From NCBI GenBank assembly GCA_965230295.1, contig OZ246001.1, positions 3,232,001 through 3,296,000 on the forward strand: DNA of 64,000 bases, in the 5' to 3' direction. Each line of letters begins with the position of its first letter. Within the stretch, counting starts at the first letter, position 1. Made by a program: the position numbers and the translations under genes. The notes under the pieces were generated by a model, which saw only the letters and a list, made by a program, of their open reading frames with translations, made no database searches and was not told the origin of the DNA. Origin of the DNA: Marinicella sp. (lineage in GTDB: Bacteria; Pseudomonadota; Gammaproteobacteria; Xanthomonadales; Marinicellaceae). Positions 49,050-58,249 of the stretch are shown here, piece after piece.

Positions 49050-49494
49050 GAAAGCTGCTGAGCAGCCTGATCCGCCGAGCCGGTTAGGCAGCGCAGGTGA
49101 TGAAAGGTTGGCGGTTTCATCGAAGATGAAGAAGCCTGCCTAGAATGCCGTAGCGCGTGAATGAAATCATGGTGGTTTGACGAAGTCAAGAAACCTTATG
49201 TGAATGGCGTTATAGCACAGGTAATGAAAGTTGGGCGGTTTTATCGAAGATAAAGAAGCCCGATTTGAATACCGCAGTGCGTGCGAGGTAGCATGTCATG
49301 TTCGTCTCGGCAGCTACCGCATCGATCCCCAGGACGGGGTGAATGCAGAAAATTGTTGGGAACAATTCCTGCCTGCTATCGCTGCATATTTACATCCATG
49401 TAAGCAGTCGCTTTCACTTTTGTCTGGAACAGACATGCAGTGCGAAGCAACTGCTCAGACCATGAACCAGAATGAAGCCCCAAGAACATTCCTT
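49050..49494 (-). repeat. Inverted copy of the modular intergenic element
   Basis: Reverse complement matches 6060-6440 almost exactly (minus a 54-bp nested insert) and carries the same terminal CAGCAGCTTTC. Confidence 0.9.
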
Positions 49495-49544
49495 CATAGC
49501 TATTGGCATGTCCTATACCATCAACACAGGCATTCAAGCCATGT

Positions 49545-50357
49545 TCACCATTTTTTTCGAGGCAAAAAATGTTTGTGCTTTTCAGCTTCGTGGGTTTGGT
49601 TGTAGGCTTTGATTTTGCTGTTTTTACCCAACAGGATTTTCATTTGATAAAAAGTCTCTCTCATCAGTACTGCACCACGCGAACTGAACCAGCCTTTGTT
49701 GTAGAGTTTTTTCACGGCTGCCACTGAATCTGGTGATTGTTGACTCATCTCTTCAGCCATAGACTCAGCCATGGCCATCGGGTCGTCGGTTAAATGGGTG
49801 ATGAGTCCGGCGGCTTGTGCCTCTTTGCCATCGATGATTTTTGCCGTCATGGTCAACTCTTTGGCCACATCCATGCGACAATGCTGCCTCAAAGCCAATA
49901 AACCACCCATATCAGGAATCATGCCCCAGCGACCTTCCATGATGGAAAGTGATGCATCAGGCGTGGCAATGCGAACATCTGCACCCAGGGCGATGTGTAA
50001 TCCGCCACCCCAACAACGCCCATGAATCACAGCAATCACCGGTGCGCCTACCTTCTGCCACTGGGTCGAAACTTTCTGAGCTGTGTTGGCCCGCCAAGGG
50101 TTCAGTTTAAACAGCAGCTTCATAGGACTTTTGATTGATTGCATCATTGACTTAACATCCAAACCCGTACAAAAATCTGGACCTTGGCCAGAAATGATCA
50201 CAGCACGGATGCCTCGGTTCTTACTCAAAGCTTTGGCTGTATCAACAATGGCCTCAAACATGGGCATGTCTAAGGCATTGTGTTTATCAGGACGGGCTAA
50301 GCTCACGTAAGCAATGCTGTGTTTGATTTCTACTTCAACTCTCTTGGGTTTGCTCAT
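49545..50357 (-). CDS. Crotonase/enoyl-CoA hydratase family protein
   Basis: RPDKHNAL, FCTGLDV, HGRCWGGG, EGRWGMIPDMGG. Confidence 0.92.
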   Translation of the reverse strand: MSKPKRVEVEIKHSIAYVSLARPDKHNALDMPMFEAIVDTAKALSKNRGIRAVIISGQGPDFCTGLDVKSMMQSIKSPMKLLFKLNPWRANTAQKVSTQWQKVGAPVIAVIHGRCWGGGLHIALGADVRIATPDASLSIMEGRWGMIPDMGGLLALRQHCRMDVAKELTMTAKIIDGKEAQAAGLITHLTDDPMAMAESMAEEMSQQSPDSVAAVKKLYNKGWFSSRGAVLMRETFYQMKILLGKNSKIKAYNQTHEAEKHKHFLPRKKW

Positions 50358-50672
50358 TGATGTGATTTAATGATTCTCAATTAAATCATTACTTTAACCA
50401 AAGTTGGCTTGGGTGTCTAGACAGCAATTTACGACAATCCTGAGTTCTTGATTTCAAATTACATTCACCCTGCCAGTAGCCCATGGAATAATTTTAGTCA
50501 TTCCTCTTAAGTAAATGACAATACTAGTCTGATTTCTATGATGGTATTTGTTAAATGCTTGTGTTAATGATTTCATATTAAATTCTTTAAGTTGATGAAT
50601 ATATTTTCCATTCATTCTCAAGAAATGAGAAACCGTGCGGCCAAGATGTGGTTTTCACAACAGGAATACAGC

Positions 50673-50924
50673 ATGCAACAACTCGTTATTAAACTCAGTC
50701 CGGAAGTGACGCAGGGTTATTTAAGAATGGCTCAAGATCATAAAGACTCTGCCGAAAAACATGAAAAGGGAGTTTCAAACTTTCAACTGGACATCAATAT
50801 GGCCATGGTTGCTGGCTTATGCTTTGCCGACATAGATGTTAATGGGAAAAACATCAATTCGGACTCAGACACTGAGGACCTAGAGGTTCAGTTGATCGAT
50901 TTCAGTCAGGCGACAACCAGATAA
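50673..50924 (+). CDS. Hypothetical protein
   Basis: CAGGA RBS before the ATG at 50673; 83 aa. Confidence 0.5.
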   Translation: MQQLVIKLSPEVTQGYLRMAQDHKDSAEKHEKGVSNFQLDINMAMVAGLCFADIDVNGKNINSDSDTEDLEVQLIDFSQATTR

Positions 50925-50955
50925 ACCATGATTACAATGACTACAGGAACTCACC

Positions 50956-51246
50956 ATGAAACCAGATTTAAACACCATTCCCAATGACCCAAAGACCACT
51001 GTGCTTTTTGAACAGCAGGGTGTGTTTGATGACATACCTGCTTGTTACCAGGCTTGGCAACACGATGGCATCCGCGGAGAAAGCATTGTTTTTTTGAAAA
51101 AAGATTTGAAAAACCGCAAAGACACCGATTTGATTCACAAAGTCAAAGCATCTAAGTTGGTCAGGTCCAACAGTCAGATCACATTCAGCAGGAACCCACC
51201 TGATTATTTATTCATTAACTTCAACATTCAACTTGACAGTTTATGA
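50956..51246 (+). CDS. Hypothetical protein
   Basis: CAGGA RBS; 96 aa; W.HDGIRGES motif. Confidence 0.65.
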   Translation: MKPDLNTIPNDPKTTVLFEQQGVFDDIPACYQAWQHDGIRGESIVFLKKDLKNRKDTDLIHKVKASKLVRSNSQITFSRNPPDYLFINFNIQLDSL

Positions 51247-51317
51247 CCCACATGGAAGTGGGAAATGCTGACAATTGTCAGGAACAATTACAGTGGACCC
51301 GCATGGAGGTGGGAAAT
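51245..51317. repeat. Free-standing hairpin modules related to inserts of the modular element
   Basis: gacccacatggaagtgggaaat and gacccgcatggaggtgggaaat flank aattgtcaggaacaatt; compare cttacatggatgtaag and aattgttcccaacaatt at 6204-6257. Confidence 0.7.
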
Positions 51318-51329
51318 ATTGAAGTGCAT

Positions 51330-52499
51330 CTACCGTTCAATCGCTTCAATCACCTTTTTAATCAAGGGGTCCATGGCGTCTCTTTTGATCCATCGAGCCA
51401 CCACCACCAGGTCATGTTCCGGATCAACATGAACCATGTTGGTGCCAGCACCCAGATGGGTGATGCTGCTTGTGGAGGCACTGGGAAGGAATTTTTTGTC
51501 ATCGTTTAGAAACCAGTTCATATACCCATAGGATGTGTTTTGTTCAGTGGGTGTTGTTGCCAGTTCATACCACTCTTTTGAGAAAATCTGCTGGTCTTGC
51601 CATTGGCCTTTTCGTAAAGTCAAATAGCCAAACCTGGCCTGATCATAGGCATTGATAAACATGCCGCCACCCCAATGTCCACCTCCACTGACTGATTGCA
51701 CCTTCAATCCATCAATCATGACCCATGAGTTTTCATAACCATGCCAGCGCCAGGTGTCAGATGCCCCTATGGGATCCATCAAATGTTGTTTCAGCACTTG
51801 TGGTAAAGGGCGACGCCACAATTCCAGTAAGGCCAGAGCAAAGGCATTTACCCTGACATCGTTGTATTTCCATTGGGTACCTGCTTTCGGAACTTCACGA
51901 TCAGGCCATGCAAAAGCATCGTCGCCAACTGGACGGTCACCCCAATCGGGTTTGTCCCATAAACTGCCTTCCCAGGCACTGGTCTGACGCAGCATGTGAT
52001 CCCAGGTGATGGTCTTGTTGTGTTCGGATTTAAAATATTTGCTGTCGATGTAGGTCGAAATCGGTTCATTCAAATCCCTGATTAACTGCTGATCATAGGC
52101 CAACGCGGCAACCGAAGACAGGAAGCTCTTTGAAACACTGTGGGTCATGTCTACTTTGTTTGGTAACCCCCAGACAGCAACAATGTAACCATGACGGAGT
52201 ATGATGCCAGTTTGTTCACCACGAATGGTCGTGGGGCCGATGATTTGATTGTAAGGTTCTCGGGCAAACCCAAGCGCGCTGGCCAAGGCCTGATCACGCG
52301 GTCGATCTGATTCCTGGGCTTGTGCATATCTGACAGCTTGTGCGAGTTTGGCTGCTGAGAACCCCACTTGCTCAGGTGCTTTATGTTGCCATTCTGCGTT
52401 GTTTTTGACTGGGTAATAAGGTTCTTCAGCTTGGCTGATCAGGCTGCCAAATAACATGGTGGCCATTAAAAAGTACTTAAACATCAGTGTGCTCCACAT
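51330..52499 (-). CDS. Secreted serine hydrolase (beta-lactamase class C-like)
   Basis: SVSK (SxxK), KYND, ARFGYLTL; signal peptide. Confidence 0.9.
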   Translation of the reverse strand: MWSTLMFKYFLMATMLFGSLISQAEEPYYPVKNNAEWQHKAPEQVGFSAAKLAQAVRYAQAQESDRPRDQALASALGFAREPYNQIIGPTTIRGEQTGIILRHGYIVAVWGLPNKVDMTHSVSKSFLSSVAALAYDQQLIRDLNEPISTYIDSKYFKSEHNKTITWDHMLRQTSAWEGSLWDKPDWGDRPVGDDAFAWPDREVPKAGTQWKYNDVRVNAFALALLELWRRPLPQVLKQHLMDPIGASDTWRWHGYENSWVMIDGLKVQSVSGGGHWGGGMFINAYDQARFGYLTLRKGQWQDQQIFSKEWYELATTPTEQNTSYGYMNWFLNDDKKFLPSASTSSITHLGAGTNMVHVDPEHDLVVVARWIKRDAMDPLIKKVIEAIER

Positions 52500-52515
52500 G
52501 AATCAATTGAGTCTT

Positions 52516-52787
52516 TAAGGAATACTCTAGGGTCTTATGCTTACTGTTCCAGCTCACCCTGTACACTTACATTCATATAGGCGTCATTCAAATTTATTTC
52601 CGACAAATTTGAAAACGACTACAGTCTACGGCATTCATTGATCGCTTCTTTGACTGCGATGAAAACACGCTTGCTTCATCGCCTGACCTGTGAGTATGTC
52701 TTACAATCTCGGGTTTACGCCCTCTGATTCGCTTCGCTCACCAACCGAGTGCGTCGGTTGAGCTGATATCAGCTCTCCTAAGTCAGT
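52516..52787 (+). repeat. Diverged copy of the modular element (first of a tandem pair)
   Basis: TAAGGAATACTCTAGGG start; TTCAAATTT..AAATTTGAAAACGAC hairpin; CTACGGCATTC..GCTTCTTT module; CCAACCGAGTGCG..GAGCTGATATCAGCTCTC end. Confidence 0.75.
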
Positions 52788-52822
52788 AAGGTTAATGCAA
52801 AGGCCGCTTAAGTACAATCAAA

Positions 52823-53035
52823 TAAGGAATGTTCTTGGGGCTCCATTCACTTTTGTTCCAGACAAAAGTGAAAACGACCGCGGCGAACATGACATACTAC
52901 CTCGCACGAATGACGCCATTCACATAAGGTTTCTTGACTTCGTCAAATCACCATATGTTCATTGGCTATTCTCTTCGCCTCTGATTCGCAAAGCTCACCA
53001 ACCGGCTCGGCGGGTCAAGCTGCTCAGCAGCTTTC
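52823..53035 (+). repeat. Minimal scaffold copy of the modular element (second of the tandem pair)
   Basis: Corresponds to the 6059-6691 copy with all five inserts absent. Confidence 0.9.
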
Positions 53036-53048
53036 CATCGACCGAATA

Positions 53049-53096
53049 AGGGTCAGGTATTTGACTTAACATAGGGTCAGGTATTTGATTTAACAT
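53049..53096. repeat. 24-bp tandem duplication spanning the GntR gene stop
   Basis: agggtcaggtatttgacttaacat then agggtcaggtatttgatttaacat (1 mismatch). Confidence 0.85.
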
Positions 53097-53727
53097 CCAG
53101 CCAATTGCATATAACGTCAATACCATGCAAGTTGTTATGGGTCAAGGCGCTGCGAGCTTCTTTGATTTTTCCTTGTTTCAATAAATTAAGGATGTTTTCA
53201 TGTTGTGAACTTGAGTTATTGATGTTTCCGCCGTTCCTAAAAAACATGTTTTCATAACGGTGGGCATCTTCTCTGACGCGAGCAATACAATCCATGAGGT
53301 AATTGTTGTTACATTGAGACAGCAACAACTGGTGCCATTCGTTGTCTAACTCTATGGATTTTTCACCCCTTGATATGGCAAATTTCTTGTTAATTTGTTC
53401 TAGCTTTTTGAATACATCCTCAGGTATTGAAGTTATTGAGGCCAGAGCCGTCTCTTCTAGTTGAGCCAATACAGGGTAAATTTCTCTGACTTTTTTTGAT
53501 GACAGTTCGGTGACAAAAAAGCCACGTCGTGCTTTCGAAAGAACATAACCTTGACCCTCCAAACCCAGCAGGGCTTCACGTATGGGAGTCTGGCTCACCC
53601 CCAATTCTTTGGCAACCGCTGTTTCATTGATTCGTTCACCTGGTGACAGCTCTCCACGCATGATTTTTTCTATCAGGATTTGACGTACTTGGGATCTGGT
53701 AGACATTTGATTAATCATGTCGCTCAT
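53077..53727 (-). CDS. GntR-family (FCD) transcriptional regulator
   Basis: PGERINETAVAKELGVSQTPIREAL; DNEWH and QHENI motifs. Confidence 0.93.
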   Translation of the reverse strand: MSDMINQMSTRSQVRQILIEKIMRGELSPGERINETAVAKELGVSQTPIREALLGLEGQGYVLSKARRGFFVTELSSKKVREIYPVLAQLEETALASITSIPEDVFKKLEQINKKFAISRGEKSIELDNEWHQLLLSQCNNNYLMDCIARVREDAHRYENMFFRNGGNINNSSSQHENILNLLKQGKIKEARSALTHNNLHGIDVICNWLDVKSNT

Positions 53728-53756
53728 TATATACGGTTATCACCATTTAAATAAAC

Positions 53757-53795
53757 TTGACTTAATTCTATATTCTATATAATATAGAATTAAGT
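53757..53795. promoter_or_regulatory. Perfect 15-bp inverted repeat overlapping a sigma70-like promoter (probable GntR operator)
   Basis: acttaattctatatt-ctatat-aatatagaattaagt; TTGACT at 53757 and TATAAT at 53778, between divergent genes. Confidence 0.7.
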
Positions 53796-53839
53796 GTTAC
53801 CATTGCACAATAATCCCAATTCAACCGAGTAAGATCACA

Positions 53840-54862
53840 ATGAATAAATTATTCAAGATAATCACCCAACCACCCATCAAGACAGCATGGATGATACTTG
53901 CCGTCATTTATTTGAGTTCTTTAGGAGCAGCACAGGATTTAAAGAAAGCCGATGCTGAAAAAGCCATTGAATACTTGTCAGATTTATTGGCCAGTTACCC
54001 CATAAAATCAGATGCTGTAAAAATGCGACAACTGATCAAGCAGAAGTTAGCCCATGGTGAATACAATGAGCTAGCAAATCGTCAAGCGTTGGCAAAAACA
54101 TTGACAGCGGACTTAAGGTCCATCAGGCATGATTTTCATCTGGGTGTTCAGTATTCTGCAGAGGCATCAACTGCAGACGCAGCGCATAATTTATCTAATC
54201 CAGAGGTGATCAAAAGACTGAAGAAAACCAACTACGGATTTGCAGAAACGCGCATAATGGAAGGCAATGTGGGCTTCCTCAAAATCACTGCATTAAATAC
54301 TCCAGAAGTGGCAAAAGATCAGGCATTGAACGCATTGGGTTTTTTACAACACACAGATGCATTGATCATTGACTTGCGTGGTAACCTGGGTGGTGAACCA
54401 GAGATGGTGCGTTTAATTTCAAGTGCATTTTTTGCGAAGAAAACCCATCTGAATACCTTGCACTATACAGATGGTCGCGATCGTGCTGTTGAAGAAATAT
54501 GGACTGATCCTGATCTGGTTAATGGCATTAATTTGCATGATAAACCGATTTATATTCTGACTAATTTTTATGTGGCTTCTGGAGCGGAAGACCTGGCGTA
54601 TTCATTACAAGCACAAGGCAGGGCAACAATAGTTGGCAAAAAGACTGCAGGAGCTGCTCACCCCGGAACTTCACATTACCTTGAAGAACTGCAACTCAAT
54701 TTCAGTATGCCACATGGTTATGTTGTGAATCCTGTTACCGGTAAAGATTGGGAGGGAACAGGCATTTCTCCTGATGTCAAAAGCAAAGACGCGCATGCAT
54801 TAGACACTGCACTTTCACTGGCATGGCAAGACATTGGTTACACAGCTAGAGATGTTGAGTGA
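53840..54862 (+). CDS. S41-family peptidase (IRBP-like)
   Basis: LIIDLRGNLGG, ASGAED, IVGKKTAGAAH, WEGTGISPDV. Confidence 0.9.
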   Translation: MNKLFKIITQPPIKTAWMILAVIYLSSLGAAQDLKKADAEKAIEYLSDLLASYPIKSDAVKMRQLIKQKLAHGEYNELANRQALAKTLTADLRSIRHDFHLGVQYSAEASTADAAHNLSNPEVIKRLKKTNYGFAETRIMEGNVGFLKITALNTPEVAKDQALNALGFLQHTDALIIDLRGNLGGEPEMVRLISSAFFAKKTHLNTLHYTDGRDRAVEEIWTDPDLVNGINLHDKPIYILTNFYVASGAEDLAYSLQAQGRATIVGKKTAGAAHPGTSHYLEELQLNFSMPHGYVVNPVTGKDWEGTGISPDVKSKDAHALDTALSLAWQDIGYTARDVE

Positions 54863-56361
54863 AAAAAGTTAACTCAGAATCCCATGTAGGGCATCAAGCA
54901 GGCGGATTGACAGATGAATGGCAGAACGCCATAGTTTCTAGTCGTCTGGGTGTATTGGATTTACTGCGTGGTGTGGCTCTTTTGGGTATATTGCTCGCCA
55001 ATGTGCATCAAATGATGATGCCATTTGAGGTAGCCAATCACCCGATAGATTTTACCGGCAACAAAACATTCACTTTCATCGAATGGTTTGCCATCGAAAG
55101 TTTAGTCAGTTCTAAATTCCTTACGCTTTTTTCATTGTTGTTTGGGGTGGGGTTTGCGATTCAAATTGCTGCGTTGAAATCTAGAAATCAAGGGAGGTAC
55201 CGGTCAGTTTACCTGCGCCGGATTGTTGTTTTGGCTGGTATGGGTATCGGGCATGGCCTGTTCTTGTATGGAGCGGATGTGTTGCTATACTATGCAATCA
55301 CAGCGTTTATGCTTTTGTGGTTATGTGAGCTGCGATCAACGACATTGTTAAAGATCGGGTTGATTTTGATTTTGTGTCATTTGCTGCTTGGCTTTGTGTT
55401 GGAATGGAGTTCATCCAAAAAGGCTTTGGTATTATTGTCTGGTGTGATTTTCATTGTTGTGACAGTTGGCTTCTCCCGTAAAAAAATGCAGCAGCTTTTC
55501 CAAAGAGGCATGGTGGCTTTGTTAGTCGTTGTTTTGGCTTATGCATTGTTGGCACCAACAGAAGCAACCAGCACTTCACAATGGCATGAGCTACAAGCAC
55601 TTGCAGAGAATTCCTGGCAAGCTATTGACCATCAAGCTGAAAGTGTTGTTATCGATGGCAGGACCTACGATGTACCACTTGCTGATGAACTTGCACACCG
55701 CTTGTATCAAGGCTCATTGGATAACGCAGATCGCATCACCTTACAAATGACCGGGTTTCGAGATGGCCCTACTTCTTTGGCTCAGTCACTTCGTAAGGAT
55801 CAATTCATACACATCCAAACCATCTTTGTGTTTTTTTATTTTTGGCGTACTTTAGCCATTTTTTTGATTGGCCTGGGTCTGGTTAAATATGGTGTGTTGA
55901 ATAAAAACAACGATCAAGTCATTCGCTCAATTATCAAAATAGGCGGTCTGGGTGGGGTGTTGTTATCTGTTTTTTCCACATACCTCAAAGCGTTGGCGAT
56001 GACCACAGCGACTCAAGTGAATGCATGGGCATTTTTACTCCATGAAATCAGTGTTTACATGCTTGCATCGGCCCTGGTTGCCCTGGTTGTTATGTGGTCA
56101 AAAACCCAGCGATGGATGCGGGTACAAAACACCCTGAAAAACACTGGGCGCATGGCTTTAACCAATTACCTGGCGCAGTCAGCTGTGATGCTGTTTGTTG
56201 CCAGTAGCTTGGGTTTATATGGTATGTTGACAAGGCCTCAACTGGCTGGGTTGGCCATTGTGGTGTTTGTGGTGTTGGCACTCTTGTCCAGCTTGTGGAT
56301 GGTGCGCTTTAAAAGCGGTCCTGTCGAACGTGTTTGGCGTCTGCTGACATACTTCAGATAA
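54859..56361 (+). CDS. DUF418 (YeiB-like) membrane protein
   Basis: LDLLRGVALLGILLAN, KFLTLFSLLFG, GRMALTNYLAQ, GPVERVWR. Confidence 0.9.
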   Translation: MKKVNSESHVGHQAGGLTDEWQNAIVSSRLGVLDLLRGVALLGILLANVHQMMMPFEVANHPIDFTGNKTFTFIEWFAIESLVSSKFLTLFSLLFGVGFAIQIAALKSRNQGRYRSVYLRRIVVLAGMGIGHGLFLYGADVLLYYAITAFMLLWLCELRSTTLLKIGLILILCHLLLGFVLEWSSSKKALVLLSGVIFIVVTVGFSRKKMQQLFQRGMVALLVVVLAYALLAPTEATSTSQWHELQALAENSWQAIDHQAESVVIDGRTYDVPLADELAHRLYQGSLDNADRITLQMTGFRDGPTSLAQSLRKDQFIHIQTIFVFFYFWRTLAIFLIGLGLVKYGVLNKNNDQVIRSIIKIGGLGGVLLSVFSTYLKALAMTTATQVNAWAFLLHEISVYMLASALVALVVMWSKTQRWMRVQNTLKNTGRMALTNYLAQSAVMLFVASSLGLYGMLTRPQLAGLAIVVFVVLALLSSLWMVRFKSGPVERVWRLLTYFR

Positions 56362-56451
56362 CGTTGTGACAGATTTATTGATGCTTTTATGCCAGGTTGC
56401 ATAACGGTGTTTCAAACTTGGGCGCTGGGTTAAAACAAATTTGTGGCGCCA

Positions 56452-56703
56452 TTATTTAAAATACACCTTGCCTCCAATCATTTTGAAAGCTGGTGTGCCT
56501 CGTACCAGTGTATCCCGAGCAAAAGTTTGTTCACAGCTTGGGCAAACACAAGGAATTCGGGTGAAATCTTTTGCTATGCGTTCCTTGAAACATTTAACCA
56601 AGGTACCTTTGCCACCCTTGCGGTATTTGAACAATTGGGTTTTGCATTGGCTGCAGAAGACATCTACTGTTGCTGTGGGGCCTTTTGTATTGGGTTTCGC
56701 CAT
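56452..56703 (-). CDS. Small basic Cys-rich (zinc-ribbon-like) protein
   Basis: CSQC..LFKYRKGGKGTLVKC...CPSC. Confidence 0.7.
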   Translation of the reverse strand: MAKPNTKGPTATVDVFCSQCKTQLFKYRKGGKGTLVKCFKERIAKDFTRIPCVCPSCEQTFARDTLVRGTPAFKMIGGKVYFK

Positions 56704-56838
56704 GTTTCAATGCATTGAAGAGTTGAACACAATAACAGGAATTGGTGGCTGGTTCAATGTTCAACTCCAGATGTAAAAACATTGCCTGTTGGCCTGTGTT
56801 ATTATAATTAACGCAGTAGATATCCAGTTGAGGTCAAC

Positions 56839-57540
56839 ATGAAAAAATCAGGTGTCTTGAAATTATTAAAAGAAAATCAAAACGATCGTGGTATCGAGAA
56901 TTGGAATGAAATGGAATCAGCAAGTCCATACAAGAGTTTTGGCATTGGCTTAACTGTGTTACGTAAATTGGCCAAACAAGTGGGCAAGGATCATGAGTTG
57001 GCACAAGAACTGTGGGACAGTGACTACTATGACATGAAAGTCATGGCAGTATTGATCGATGACCCCAAGTGCATCACCCCTGAACAAATGGAAGCTCAAG
57101 TCGAAGACGTTGATTTTGGGATGATGGTCCATGTCTATTCGGCTTGTGGGGCTCCTGTTGCAAAGACACCCTTTATCGATGAAATGGCCGATAAGTGGGT
57201 CAAAAGTGATGACCCGGTGCGCCGTCGATGTGCCTATGGCTTTGTTTACGAATTGTCGAAATCCAAAAAGAAAAGTGCACCTGATGATGGTTATTATCAA
57301 AAGTACATTGACCACATCAAAAAAACATTCAAAACCGAGGACAAATCTGTTCATTTGTCCATGGGGGCGGCTTTGATGGGTATCGGTAAAAGAACCCTTG
57401 AATTGAACAAGGCTGCTTTGAAAGTGGCTGAATTCATGGGCCCCATTCCGGTGGAATCTGGCAAAACCCAATGTGACCCGATGGATATAACCAAGCATTT
57501 GACCAGTGATTACTTGGTTAAGAAATTGGCATCTGATTAA
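56839..57540 (+). CDS. DNA alkylation repair protein (AlkD-like HEAT repeat)
   Basis: FGIGLTVLRKLAKQVGKDHELAQELW; GAGG RBS. Confidence 0.85.
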   Translation: MKKSGVLKLLKENQNDRGIENWNEMESASPYKSFGIGLTVLRKLAKQVGKDHELAQELWDSDYYDMKVMAVLIDDPKCITPEQMEAQVEDVDFGMMVHVYSACGAPVAKTPFIDEMADKWVKSDDPVRRRCAYGFVYELSKSKKKSAPDDGYYQKYIDHIKKTFKTEDKSVHLSMGAALMGIGKRTLELNKAALKVAEFMGPIPVESGKTQCDPMDITKHLTSDYLVKKLASD

Positions 57541-57562
57541 GAATCGAGCCAGGGTTTTGGGC

Positions 57563-58249
57563 TCATAGAATCAGCTTTTTCATCCTGGATTGGAATGTTT
57601 CTCCTATAGGAATTTCTATGTCGCCTATCTCAATGTCATTCTTGGTATAAGCTGATATGTGGGACTTGTTAACAATGTAGGAACGGTGTACTTGAATAAA
57701 CCGGGTTGGTAAAGTTTTGATAAAAGACTTCATGGTGTCCTTTGTGACCAAGGTATGTGTGTGGGTGTGAATTTGCAAATAGTCCTTGAGACCCTGGATG
57801 TATAAGATGTCATTCAATTTTATTTTTATTTGTTTTCGATTGACCCTAATGTAGAGGTGGTCAGCTTGGGGAGCTGGTTGTGGCGTTTGCTGTCTTCTGA
57901 AGCGTTCACAAGCTTTAAAAAAACGCGCAAAGGTTATGGGTTTAAGCAAATAATCTATGGCCTCAAGTTCAAAACCATCCACTGCATACTCACGATATGC
58001 AGTGGTAAAAATGGCTTTGGGTCTTTTGCTTAAATTGTGGTAAAAATCAGTGCCATTTAAAACCGGCATTTCGATGTCTAAAAACATCAAGTCAATGTGC
58101 TGTTGGTTGAGTACTTTACTGGCTTCGATAGCACTGGCACAGCTGGCGACCAAATGAAAATCCTTCAATTGTTTCAGGTGTGTGGTGAGTAACTCTCGCC
58201 CAAGCTGTTCGTCATCAACAATCAGGCATTGAATCTTTTTGTCAGTCAT
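57563..58249 (-). CDS. LytTR-family response regulator
   Basis: CLIVDDE, FLDIEMP, DYLLKP, FIQVHRSYIVN. Confidence 0.95.
   Translation of the reverse strand: MTDKKIQCLIVDDEQLGRELLTTHLKQLKDFHLVASCASAIEASKVLNQQHIDLMFLDIEMPVLNGTDFYHNLSKRPKAIFTTAYREYAVDGFELEAIDYLLKPITFARFFKACERFRRQQTPQPAPQADHLYIRVNRKQIKIKLNDILYIQGLKDYLQIHTHTHTLVTKDTMKSFIKTLPTRFIQVHRSYIVNKSHISAYTKNDIEIGDIEIPIGETFQSRMKKLIL

Noticed and set aside
49050-49494. Composite transposon or invertible segment bounded by the inverted copies at 6 kb and 49 kb
   Set aside because: No transposase or recombinase in the window, and further copies lie inside and outside the interval, so a dispersed repeat is the simpler explanation.
52795-53049. 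Short ORFs over repeats (also 28823-29017, 31019-31249, 48952-49143, 51243-51509)
   Set aside because: They coincide with palindromic repeats or overlap real genes, and show no protein motifs.
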